Assembly (NCBI GenBank): GCA_030248215.1
Contig: JASANG010002859.1
Coordinates: 310,001-374,000, forward strand
DNA: 64,000 nucleotides
DNA from: Enoplolaimus lenunculus
Lineage: Eukaryota
Reading direction: 5' to 3'
Positions 26,261-39,274 of the stretch are shown here, piece by piece. The notes beneath the pieces are model-generated. The model did no database searches. It saw only the letters and a program-made list of their open reading frames with translations, and was not told the origin of the DNA. How positions within the stretch are numbered: the first letter of the stretch is position 1; each line of letters begins with the position of its first letter. A program made the translations under genes and the position numbers.

Positions 26261-27965
26261 ATCGCTATTTTATGTCACATTAATACAAGAAACCAATCAG
26301 ACCAATTTCGACGCTACTTATCAATACGACATCATGATCCATTTTATCGTTTTAAACATAACAATTCACAGAGACTTAGACGCATGCAAGTTGCGCCACG
26401 GCCCCTGTGGTATAACCCGAAACTCTCAAACAGCGATCACCCGAGAAAACTTTATTCAGCCATCTGAAACATCATTAAAAAGTCTACGGTTTTGCTCGCA
26501 GAACCGGCCGTATGCCGACGCCAAAAAAACGTCGCGAATTCAACGTGAGGGGGTAATCCAGGCATACACCCTCTACAGAGATCAAACCAATTTATTGCGT
26601 TAAGATTTAGTAATGAAATTGCGTTCGAGTTTTTTGTCATTTCGCTCGCGAGTTTTTTTTCACTATTCCACATCCGGCCTCATTCTTCATTTGAAATTTC
26701 TAAATCCATTCCCACTGCCGACGCATAAACTCGAACCACCAAATCGAACAACGTTCATCAACGCTGCACACTCATGCTTAATACCCACGAGAGAGCTATC
26801 CAACGGCCCGGCTCACATCATAGCCGGCTATATGGGTGCGTACACCTACTTCAGCCGTGGGTCCACATAACTGATCGCATGTCCGTCTCCCCATGTTTCA
26901 CGCAATGCAAATTGTACGCACTGCCACGACACCACACAAACACACACATACAAGCCCATAAAAAGAATTTTAAAAACAGCGCTGCGAAAAGTTTATACTT
27001 TGTTTTGTACCTCTTATAAACATAGCCAGCCAGCCAGAAAAAAACCCCCGCATTGCATTTAACACATCATTAGGTTTAAGAAGAACCAACGAGTTTGAGT
27101 CCGAAAAAACATTTGCCTGCTCGACATTAGTATAAAACCTTACTAAGCTGAACGGGCCAAGTGTGACGTGCGGTACTACACTGAAAATGTATTAACCAAA
27201 CTACAATCCTTCGCCCATATTCTCAAATGCATACAGCACCTATCATCAATTATAAGGGATAGATTTTCTTTCAAACTGACGAACATCTGCAGCTGCAGGT
27301 CTCAAAATTGGCACAGAAGCAGGGCAAATCAAACGCGAACAATGTGCTGAATTTCAAATCTCATCATACGCTGGTTCCAAAGTTACAGGATCAATCATCA
27401 ACTGGTAACAGATGCTATACACATTTGAGAATACGGGCTCCAATTTTTTAAAATTACAAAACGTTGTCAAAAGCTGAACCTAAACAACTCTTATACACTT
27501 TTCAACCGTATGATTAGAGTGTCAAACGTTTATCTTTACGTTCGCATAAACCTTTTCCTGACCCAAAGTCTTAACTTTAAATACCAATGAAAATGTACAA
27601 GGGCGAACAATGCTTATCACAACACAGTTATCCTACAAAATTAAACCTAGTCGATATTTGCCCCGGCACTTCGGCATACTCCATTAAGCACACAATGTTC
27701 CCACCATTCCATAAACCCTTGCTATTGCCAATCCTGTTAACTACAATACATTTATATACCGAATGGCACTGTGATATACTGCTGATGACAACAATTAATT
27801 CACTGCAACTCGTTCGCGTTTCCCTATCAAGTATAGTCTTTGAAAGCACGGGCATTTACACGGCAACTCATGGGGGCCCATGTATAGAACACGGCCGGAA
27901 CAGTAGTATAAGCATATTCCTAAGCCTAAACCTAAGCCTAAGCGTATCGATGAGCCTGTTCCTAA

Positions 27966-28335
27966 CAGGGTGTAACCGGAATTACAATTTACCGGAACCG
28001 GAATTGGAAAATTTTACCGGAACCGGAAAGTAAAAAATGCATTTCACCAAAAATTTCATTTTAATCTTATTTTTTGCTCTATTATTTGTGAAATAACCTT
28101 AGTCGAACATAGGTATTTATTTTATTTGTTGTATTTTAGATTTTCATCATCGACTGAAGTGAAATCCATCAATGGCTTATATTCGGCGTACAAGTGGCTT
28201 TCAAAAGAGATTCTTAAAAATTAGCAAAGTTGAGAAAACGGCCAAATTATAATACCGGAATTTTTAAATCCGGTAAAAATTTACCGGAACCGCAAGGTAA
28301 AAAGATACCGGAACCGGAATTCCGGTTGCACCCTG
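27966..28335. mobile_element. hAT-type MITE (CAGGGTG...CACCCTG) nested inside a TTAGGC MITE
   Basis: Perfect 8-bp TSD GTTCCTAA (27958-27965 and 28336-28343); TIR CAGGGTG(T/C)AACCGGAATT. Related CCGGAA-rich elements at ~37443-37794 and ~50237-50592. Confidence 0.88.
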
Positions 28336-29827
28336 GTTCCTAAGCCTAAGCCTAAGCAAAAAACTAGTCTAAAGCTTAAACTGACTTTATTATAGCCCCT
28401 CCGGAAAACTATCCGACCCCGTTCTATACATGGGCCCTCATGAGGCTATATTTCCTAGGACAATTTTTGCCAAAACCACAACCAAAAAACCCGTTAAACA
28501 ATAGAATTTACAAACCATCAAAACACAATTTCCTCACACTCACTGCTGCACTTGGTTGTAATAATAATCTTTTTCATTTCTTAACAACATATATTCCCCG
28601 AAATTATACCCATGCTCCGCGACTGTTTAAAACGTTACCAACATTTTGGCCTCAAATCAAACAAGCTAAAAACACTCCAAACACTCTTTGTTCGAGTTGT
28701 GTCTATCAGTCAGTCAAACACGAAACAAAAACCCCAGTTATCATCAAATCTCAGCTTAACATTCCACCCAAATCTACGATTATATCGCTCCACTACGCGA
28801 GCTAAATAAATAAACGAATAGCAGCAACTGACACTGCTGTGCCGCAGCTACGAGGGCACCGCCCGTCTTTCCTAAAAACCTTCGCGCCCCGCGCCCCCTC
28901 GACCGAAATATATTTCTTCCTCATTAAAAGCACAACTGTTTGGGAAAAATTGTCAAATCTCACGCACAAATCTTGACTCCCTCGTCTACCGACACTCGCT
29001 GTATATGGGGTTGTACCAGTGACAGCCAGCAAAGTAAGCTACAAACTAAGCCAACTATGTCAACGATCAACTACACTGTGACCAGTGTAGTAGAGACGCA
29101 ATACGAGTAGCAAACCTTAGCCACACAATCTCACATTTCACAATACCCATCCAGTATCTTATCAACGGCGTAGCCACAAATATTTCAAAGGGGCGCAGTT
29201 ACGTTCTATAAAAATCATTGAAAACCAACAACCTGAAACCATCTAAACAAAATCATAACGGGGCGAATTAGACCGCTCAAGCTCCTATACCTAACCGCCC
29301 TTACTATACTGTATACCATACCCACTACGCCAAGACAAATTGAACCATCCAGCGGGTAACATAGTATATATACAGCTTTAGGCCAATGTTACTTTAAGAG
29401 GCGTAACTGCAGATTAAGCGTATTCCTAAGCCTACGCGTTGTAAAAATGAATTCCTAATCCTAAGCCTAAGCAAAAAAAATGTAATCTAGAATCTAAACC
29501 TACTCTTTTATAGACCCACCAGAAACCTAGACGCCCCTTAAAGTAACATGGGCCCAGCTTTATATAAATGCGACCGAATGTCGAAGAACAAACATATATA
29601 TATATACAGAAGTATGCAAGAATCTGATATATACGAGCAAAATTATAGTATGAATATCCACATACAATATCAAATATTTTATATCACATATTCCGTCATA
29701 AGTCCACAATTTTTTGCAACTCCAAGTCCAACTAATGTATAAAAGGCGTAAGCTTCATCAACCATTAATACAAATTTTCCCCAAACGACAATCGACACGA
29801 CAAATACTGGATGATATGCATATACTG

Positions 29828-30238
29828 ACCCATGTATAGAACATGGCCGGAAAAGTAGTATAAGCATATTCCTAAGCCTAAGCCTAAGCCGATGGACGAG
29901 TATATTCATAAGCCTAAGCGTATGGATGAGTCTATTCTTACGCCTAAGCCTAAGCGTATGGATGAGCTTATTCTTAAGCCTAAGCCTAAGCGTATGGATG
30001 AGCCTATTCCTGAGCCTAAGCGTATGGATGAGCCTATTCCTGAGCCTAAGCCTAAGCGTATGGATGAGCCTATTCCTGAGCCTAAGCCTAAGCGTATGGA
30101 TGAGCCTATTCCTAAGCCTAAGCCTAAGCGTATGGATGAGCCTATTCCTAAGCCTAAGCAAAAAAATACTCTAAAGCTTAAACTGACTCTATTATAGCCC
30201 CTTCGGAATACGATCCGGCCCTGTTTTATACATGGGTC
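29828..30238. mobile_element. TTAGGC MITE copy with an internal tandem expansion of a 24/30-bp telomere-derived unit
   Basis: Same TIRs as the 13498 family, with about 9 tandem copies of CCTAAG(CCTAAG)CGTATGGATGAGCCTATT. Confidence 0.9.
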
Positions 30239-33200
30239 CCCATATACTGGTCAGAACATAATTTCGAAACGAAGACCAAAATTAAAACAATTACCATTGC
30301 AGAATTAAATACTCGGCACATGTACGCTATCCTTGTACAGTTTTCAATTTCTTTTGGCAAACTTAACTTTGTGATTATGCTTAGCATTATGCTTCCGCGC
30401 TACAAACGAAGAAGTATCTTCACCTTGATTATAAACACCAATTAATTTATATCAGCGGTAACAAGAAACACACAAAAGTAAACAGTGAATTTAATAAACA
30501 CCACAATCCCAAAATGGAACAAAATTTAAATATCATAATTTTTCAAAAAAACACCAACACGAAACCCCAAGTGACCTCTCAGCCCTGGCGTTACTTTCCG
30601 CCTTGCCAGGTTTGTCTCACTATTACGCATACGTTTAACGCCGGCCCCGGTAAAATTTCTAAACTCGTCACAAACTATAACCGTGAAACCGCTGCGAATA
30701 TATACGAGTTTTCGCCGATTGGCGTTATTTATTCAACAAAGCAACCAACGCCACGTGATACCCATTAGCTAATAATATAAAAAAATACAAGTAATCAAAC
30801 TAACATAATAAATCAAGTCGTATCGTATTACTTTGCTGCAATTCGTCTGCAATCAGCAATCAACAATTGCAAATGACAATATTTTCAAATAGACAGCGGC
30901 CGCGGTCACATGAACAGCCCGACTATTATAAATATTCAACGCAGAGGATGAAAGCATACAATATAAACAAACACAAATTGTTCAGCTTCACAGTCGTGCC
31001 CGACGCCGCCGCGAATCATCATCCAATAGAAACTTACTCGACAAATGTGTACATCGATTGTAATTAATCTGAAATGTTTGCATGCACCCCCCTAAAATTG
31101 TTTAGCAAGCCCAAACCCAAAATTACAAATGAGTAACTCTGACCACCCTTAACCATCTGCTCTGGGTCTCTGGCTCCATTCTTGCCTGAAACCGCTTTGA
31201 CAATTCACGGCAAAAGTCGATCATAACTCAGAATGTAAATATTGTTTCAATGTAAACATTCGATACTTTTTATTAACATAAGCTATATTTTGTTATGGTT
31301 AAATTTCGACACAGATATATACTGTAAAAAATAGGGAGTCAAATTGACTCTCTCGGAAATAGGCTTTTCCTGACTACACAAACTGAGTCAAATTTGACTC
31401 CGCCAGAGTCAAATTCGAATAAGGGTATCGCTCAGTGAGTAGAATTTGACTCTGTCGGAGTCAAACTTGACACAGTTTGTGTAGTCAGGAAAAGCCTGTT
31501 TCCGAGAGAGTCGATTTGACTCCCCATATATATATATATATTTCTATTCAAATAAACTATTAACCAGCCTGCATATATGTCACACCCGGCCTACTTTGAA
31601 CCGATATGCTTTTAGATATATACTGCTTTACTTTGAAGCCCAACGGGCCGGCTCAAAATTTTTATTGAAACTTTAGCCACGCCCGTTCCAAAATAGCAAC
31701 TATACTCATGACTGAAGCTACGAACGTTGTGTTGAACATCACAAAAACAACTGAACTAAACATATGTGATTACATATAGGTACATCAACGCGAAATATAT
31801 ACAGTAGTGCACGCAAATTGAAACACAAAGTTCACCGGAAGACAATGGAAAACAGTAAATAAAAACAATAATATATATGAAACTGAACCCGCGAGGCACC
31901 ACTCATCAGACCACCAGAATTTACCCTTATTAACTCGTGAGCCTCTGCAGCGAATAACTAACAGCTGCATGATTTGCAAAACATTTTTGCAAACAAATCT
32001 GCTTTCACATGAAAGTTACACCTGCAAGATGCGACAGCAAAAACGTTCCGCCCCTGATCTTTACATGGGCCCATATGCCACAGTAAAAAAACGTGCACGT
32101 GTCAACAGGGCTTTATATGATTTTGTTTATAAGATGGGCCCATGTACAGATCAGCGAGCGGAACGTTTTTCTGTGGGACTGCAGTAGAGTAAGCTTTCGC
32201 TTTAGACTATTTTTTTGCTTAGCTTAGGCTTAGGAATATGCTTATAATACTGTTCCGCTCACGTTGTTTACATTGGCCATAAGATGCAATGATACATACA
32301 ACATACATACACCTGTTCCGCTTCATCACAAAACGTGACAGTGCGCAGCACCAGTGACCACTGCGAGCTGGATAGCCACAATTTTAAGATACTGAAAAGT
32401 TTCTACAAAAAATTTCGAATGTAATTTCTCTTGTGTAAAACTAGCGGAAAACTATCCAAAAAACTGTGAATTAGCGGTGAATAAAACCAATCAAAGGCGG
32501 CAGCTTCAAATACACAAGTTTGTGACACAGGAATTTGCGCCATAGTAGAAAACACTCCGATAGCGAACATGATCGATAAACACAGCAACGTAATTTAAGT
32601 ACCAAATCACAATATGGCGTCAATTCCTCGTTGGGCACAACGCCTGGGTCGACGCTAGCGTACGGCCAGCGAAAGACTGGCTTCGCCACGCTAAACCACC
32701 GTGGTTACCCCGCTTGCTCACTACAAGCTCAGATATATAGTTTGCCGAACAAACATTAGACAGCGATTTCCTATCATTATGTGATTTAAAAAAAACAAAA
32801 TAACCATTTTCAATAGTTCGTCGAGATACACAAACAAAAATCACACGAAAACCCGTTCAACTTCAAGTTTGACCTGTACCAAGTTTGTAATAATTATACG
32901 CATAATTACAGACTGCGCAAAACCACACAACCACAGGCGATTTTCAAGTTTTGTTTGCATCTCGGCAACTGCACTGTCGACTGTTGTCTCAAACGGCACA
33001 CGGCAAAAAAACGGCAGTCACCGCGTATTTGTGCATCATATGGATTTGTTACAACGAGAATACTGCGGAAATGATATATAAAATACTTAATATTTAGAAA
33101 AACACCTGATTTCGCGGAACACCAAGCATCAGGCAAATGCACATACTACACCTCAAACGATTCCACCGAATTCCCGATGAACATTTGACTTAAGTTCCTG

Positions 33201-34213
33201 TTACGGTGTTGAAATGAAATCGCTGGAACGTAAATTTTAACAGTTTTTTTGGCAAAACGGTGAAAAGTAGTTCCTTTGGAAACCCTGAAACCGCATTTAA
33301 GGTTACGATTTAAGTAGGCTTATTTAAAACCTTACTTATTGGTAAACTATTTCTAAAATCTAACAATAAACGTATGGGTCGAGTGGAGGGTGTATACGAG
33401 CCTAACATCATTATCAAAGCAGTCGTTTTCAACCACTCTCCCCTGACAACTAAACATTTGCAGTAGCACAATAACTAAGATCGAGCGGTATTTCCGTTTG
33501 TCAAACAAACAACCGTACAATTAGTCTCAGTACCGAGGACTCGCTGGTTAGTAGTTAGCCAGTTTTACTAGCCTGAAAATATATACCTGTACCACGCACA
33601 ACTACTAGCGGATCTGGGGGGTGCTCCCCGGCCTATGCCACCCAAACAAGAATCCAAAAGCCAATTTTTCATTGAGGTTTAGCACTAAAACAACGTTCGG
33701 TGTCTGGCTGAGTTCGTCTCGAGATTTATTCCCTATTATTTCTTCCGAGGGCCCCCATTTAGAAATTTCTGAATCTGCCAGTGCGCACAACGATTGTAAT
33801 TCAATGCTTTCGTATAGACCGCAGTGACGTCAAACCTGCTCTGGTTTACTTTAGTTCTACACCTAAACCATGATACAAGCATTGATGTTCGAATATGAAA
33901 AAAAACTATTGACGAATACAAAAAATTGCATTAATTGAAACACTGTTTCTGACATGAACATGATGACAGAAACGGGACTGCCTTTAAAATTTAATTTGCC
34001 AAATATAATAAATCATTTTAAACTGGGTGTATATATACGTACATAACATACGCATAAATTTTGTTTCGACCGCGAAAAACAATAGTGCACATGCGAATCA
34101 GGGTGGGAAAATTTAATTACTTGTCCAACAGTTAAGATGACTCAGCCTGGTTTAGTAATTTACTCTAAATACTTTCACTGAGACTGGTCCGTAACATAAG
34201 TAGTATTTCTTTT

Positions 34214-34290
34214 ATCTGGTTCAAAGTTTGTTTCATCTGGTTCAAGGTTTGTATCATCTGGTTCAAGGTTTGTTTCATCTGGCTCACGGT
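34214..34290. repeat. 21-bp tandem repeat, about 3.5 copies
   Basis: ATCTGGTTCAAGGTTTGTTTC repeated with minor substitutions. Confidence 0.85.
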
Positions 34291-35412
34291 TTATTGCGCA
34301 TTCCTGAATCCAATGAATTGCCTAATTTGCATAAAATTACCATGCAACTTAAAATTAATTAGAAATGTTTATATTACAATCAAGTTTACCAGCATAACAA
34401 CCAAGAAAAGTTTGTAAGAAATAAAAAAGTTCATGGCAACAATTTTGCAATGAAATCATGTCAGTTATAAACTTAATCCAAAACTTACAAAACTAACAGC
34501 CGGTTTTAGCCACTCAAACTGTTTCAGATACGAACAATTTATACGTAACTTGCACTCCTGCTTCTAAGCTCTACTTTCAAATTACGCACCGAAACCGCAT
34601 AATAATGTCAAATTGTGCACAAATTGAACACAGTACTTGCAAATAGGACAGCAAAAACGAAAAATAGCAATATATTGAGATCAAAAAGTCAGCAAAATAT
34701 ATCACAACAGAGAATCTAGAGAGAGATACAATAATAGAAGCTACCACATAAAATCACCGCGATTATATTTACGTGTACGACGATGCATGCATGCTGCATG
34801 ACGTTGTTACGAAGACCAGTTTTGCTACTAATACTTAACAGATGGACCGAGCAAAAAATGTAAACAAATACCTTGAGCTATGTTCCTGATAGAATATAGC
34901 AACCGGATATCGAAAATAGCCAGATTTCCATACCATCAAACAACCCTGTAATTCCCGTCGCAACCTGGTAGATAAAGGAGGGTAATCAATCGTTAAACAA
35001 ACAATTCAGCATTGGGCCATTTGCGTTCGCAAAACCCGTATATGTGTCAATTTAAGTGGAAATTACATGAATACATACCGATCGGTGACGGTTCATTCTA
35101 TTTTAAAAGTCAAATATATAGCAACAGGTACGTATTATTGTAATTTTTGAGGCAAGGACAATTTAGAACATCTTACGTCCAGTAGTCGCAAAGCAGAGGC
35201 TAAAACGCACACCAAATTAAACTATTCCCAACCAAAGTGGCAAAATTATCAAATAAGTGTTCAAACCAACATTATATGCACCACTTAGTTGAACCGAAAA
35301 AAATAAACATGAACAATAATTAATGTAATAAAAGAACACAGAATCTATTGAAAATATCACAATACCGAACCAAGCAACCAGGTAGGTAGTCGACAAACAT
35401 TCTAATAGTTAA

Positions 35413-37313
35413 TTATTTGCCAAACGGTAAAAATCCTTTGACACCTTCCGCAATACCTAAAATGAAATTTAATTATAAAAACATTAGTTAAAATAGATAG
35501 TTTAACCGTCACGTGCAAAAAACCATGAAACTGCACAGGCATGACTTTCCTGATATCTGCAATCGTAATTTCACTGAGTTAATATCATGGAGTCCGGGCC
35601 GAAATAAAGTATAGTTTTTCTTTGTTGAACTAACTGATCACAGGCAGTAATTATTTGATTATTTCAAACTTACCACCTAAAGATGTTTTCGCTTTTTCTA
35701 GCATACCAGCTGCTTGTCCGGCGAAAGCTGAAAAAAACAAAAAACAATTACATCCCATTATTGGCTCTACATGGGGTAAAACAAAAGAAAACGCGGTTGA
35801 TCGCCTACAAAGCAATACGCAGTGGTCTGCTGCATTATAGACAACCGACTCAAACAACTGCATTATAGACAGCCGCTTGAAAGAACTGCAAAATCAGCAA
35901 ACGCAGCCATCTTGACGATTACTAGATGCGTCCTCAAAACAAAACAGATTTCTCAACATTAGCTACTGTAGACAAGCGAACCACTTCGATGACCTGGCAC
36001 CAAAGAGGGTCATTGTCGCCTGCAGTTGGTATGCATAGACTGCCGTGGCCGGTGCCATACGGTGTTGTGGTCAAGGCCAGAATAGTCAAATCTTCAAAAA
36101 TGCAAATACATTCAGTGAGGTTTTTCAAACTTTGATTCTGGTTTCCTTGAAGCTATTGCTTCCACTTGAACCTGTTGGGAATGGTGACTATTGTTTCATC
36201 TGAATCAATCTTGAACAGCCACTACTGTGAGTCATTTTAAAATCATGGCCCCGGTGAATCACGGCCTCGGAATAACTCTAATGCATACCAAACTATTTAA
36301 CGACAAAATCTAAAATAGGAAGAACTCTTAGCTATAAATATTTCATTGACACTACAGTGACAATTGTTTTACAAACAAATCAAGAACAAGATATATATTC
36401 AGTTAAACTACTAATTACACATACAATCGTCGGCAGGTCCTGCTGGGGCTTCTTGATTCGAACCATCCGCATCAAAATTGAAATCGTCCCAGCCACCTGG
36501 TTTTTTCTCAAGCTTATACTAAAAATATGCATAAATGTTGTCTCTGACTATTGTTTTTATTAATTTCAACGGTTTTAAGCGGCTTCTAGAAATCAGTTCA
36601 GCAAAATTTGAAAAACACCCCTGAAAACAATCTTTTCAGCGTAATCTACATTGAACATATTCGACACAACGCTTGATGTTCCTTGAAAACCCTTTAGCAA
36701 GGAAGCTTTTACCTTATCTCTGATGCCCTGGCGCATTTTTTCCCTTTCTTGCTCTGCTTTCATGTGTTTCAGTTTACGAGCTTCTTCGGCCTCGATACGG
36801 GCTTGTATCACTTCTGGATCCTCGGGTGCTGCTTCAGTTGTCTTATCCGCTCCAGAATCGCCTGAGTCACCAACTAGTCCTAAAACAAACTAAAATACGT
36901 ATTATGCGAATCGATTCATCATTATGTATAGCAAAGATAATGGACTGTTCAAAACAATGAATAGGTGTACTTATTCTATATTGTATACAGCTTGCTAGTT
37001 TATGTACATGCCCTAGAGGCCGATCCATGTTCAGCGCCTTGTACCACTGACAGCGTGCGTCGTAACTTGCCCTGAATTGCAATTTCTATATACAATTACG
37101 TATATTTCAAATTCAGATTCAATTTCCAGAGAAAGACAATCCTCCAAAAGTGTGCCAGGCCGACAGCCTGAAATACGTTTTAATATTTGGAAACAAAACT
37201 GAAACAATGACCCTGGATGAAAGACCCTTTATTCTTTTACAAGATTTTACTGTACTGTATATTATACCTTTTACTTTATCGCCGACCATCTGCTTTACAA
37301 TAAAGCTAGCCAT
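35413..37313 (-). CDS. cpx-1: Complexin (synaphin), 134 aa, 5 coding exons
   Basis: Exons 37313-37268, 36879-36713, 36518-36425, 35727-35674 and 35456-35413, all in phase. MASFIVKQMVG...EDPEVIQARIEAEEARKLKHMKAEQEREKMRQGIRDKY...EKAKT...VKGFLPFGK matches C. elegans CPX-1, including the non-CAAX C-terminus. Confidence 0.96.
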
Positions 37314-39106
37314 GGTTGAGTACGTATCTAAAGTTGAACGTCAAGGGATATATAACGTTCTTTAGAACCGTTAAACTATACACGTATCTACTGAATCAAA
37401 CTAATATTATTATTAATAATACTAAAATAATATTAATAAAAGCAGGGTGCAATCGCAATTCTGATTTCGATTAGAGTTCCGATTCAAAACAGTTCCGATT
37501 TGGATTCCGATTGCACAATCAATCGGAACCGGAATTTCCACATTATAATTTTAGACCAACTTTTTGTGATATGTTGTTTAGAAATTCTGCATCATTTATC
37601 TGTTAAGTTTAGCTTTTCAGAACCAAAAAAGATTGCCAATTTGTTTATGCGACGTTTTTATAAGAATTGTTGCCAGCCAACAGACATCCTAAATCAACAC
37701 CTATTATACTTGTTAATACAAATTATCCGTATAGTCACAAAATTTCTAGTCCCGATTCCGATTCCGGTATAATCCAGTTCCGCTTTGCACCCTGGGGGTA
37801 GGTTCCATAAAAATGCTGAAGCAGCAAGGATTTTATTGTTACGTATAAACTGAATAAGTATCTAAAACATAGAGTTCTTAATGTCTTCAGTGGAAGCTCA
37901 CATCGACCATGGAAATCAACACCAGTAGTCACAAATTTTGTAGTTCCAATTCCGAGTCCGGTAAAAATTTGCTGTTCCGATTCCGATTGTGGTATAAACT
38001 TGCTGTTCCGATCCCGATATAATCCAATTCCGCTTTGCACCAATACTAACTCAACAATGAATGTGCAACGCAACAGTAAAACGAACCAATATTAAAACAC
38101 ACACAGGAAGGAATATGAAATGTAAAAAGAAGTGGGAGTCCTATTTAAAAGGCAAAAGGAAGAACTGCCTGCTTATATTGCCTCTGCATGTTACCCGAAT
38201 GACTTAATCTTGTAGATCTATTAACGGTGCTAGGTAACTGGTTCCAAATAGGGATGCAACGAAAAGCAAATGAGAGTCTTGTAAGTTCCTACATCAGTTC
38301 TGTCTCTAACGTTGTGCATACCTCTGCTGGTCAAGTAATAAATTGTGGGTCCAGGTCCAGCTTTATACCAAATTCAAAATTTGAAATAAAGCTTCAGCTA
38401 TCACACAGAACTTTAACTTTGAGACCTCCTAGCTAAGATATTACACTGGGAAACAAATACATCACAGATGCCGTAAAAATATTCTATTATAAGGCTTACA
38501 GATCCAAATCTTAAAGATTTATAAATAAATTGAATAATTCTTTAAAATATAGACAATGCACTTAACAATAAACGTTTCGGGCTAATATGCGACTGATGAA
38601 CGGCTTATCGTTTGAACATTTACAATATGTAAAACTGTGAACTTCTTTGACTAAGATATTTTAGACGTTTCCAGACAATAACAAAGCCTGCGACTGCGGT
38701 ATGGTAACAGCAGTGAACCGAGGCTCCGCAGGACTGCAATAAAGTAACCTTAAGCTTTAGATTAATGGTTGGTTGATCCTTATGTTAGGCTTATGTTTAC
38801 GCTTTTAGTTGCAGATTTATCCTTAATCGGTTACTTTTATCTAAGCTTAGTGTTAGATTTGGAATTATAATGATTCTAATGTTCCGCCCTTAAATAAATA
38901 TTGGATGAAGTTCTTGAGGTTTTTTAACATAAAATTAGCAGTTTAATAACAAAGCCAGGTGTGAGGACGGATACGTGTTTGAGGCGATAATACATTCCAG
39001 TTGAAATATTGACGTACCAATTGTTTTATGTTAGTATGTCCGGAACAGCCATGAATATTCAAGGCAGGTGTAAGAAATGGGCTTTGGTGTCGGGTGGGGT
39101 GCGTTC

Positions 39107-39274
39107 TGTGACATGCGGATGCATGGAGACAATGAAATTTTATGCTGATGCTGCACATCGGTTATAACACTGCTGCAAATGTAGTAGTAGAAGAAGAAGA
39201 CTAAGATGGAAGGTCTCCCCACTGCAGCACATGTGCCGCTTACAGTGCCAAACTATACAGTTTTAATTCATCAG
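39107..39274 (+). mobile_element. Truncated LTR of the 41000-41329 family (opposite orientation), ending where the TRIM array starts
   Basis: 39107-39185 (TGTGACATGCGGATG...ATGCTGATGCTG.ACATCG...AACACTGCTGC..ATGTAG) is homologous to the reverse complement of 41329-41251. Confidence 0.65.

Noticed and set aside
29679..30197. PKPKRMDEPI and LRLRNRLIHT repeat proteins
   Set aside because: Translations of the expanded TTAGGC-derived unit inside a MITE. The same applies to PKPK/LSLS/LRLR ORFs elsewhere.
35934..36230. Alternative CAAX-encoding complexin exon in intron 3
   Set aside because: The acceptors I tested in the required phase hit early stops and none ended in a CAAX motif.
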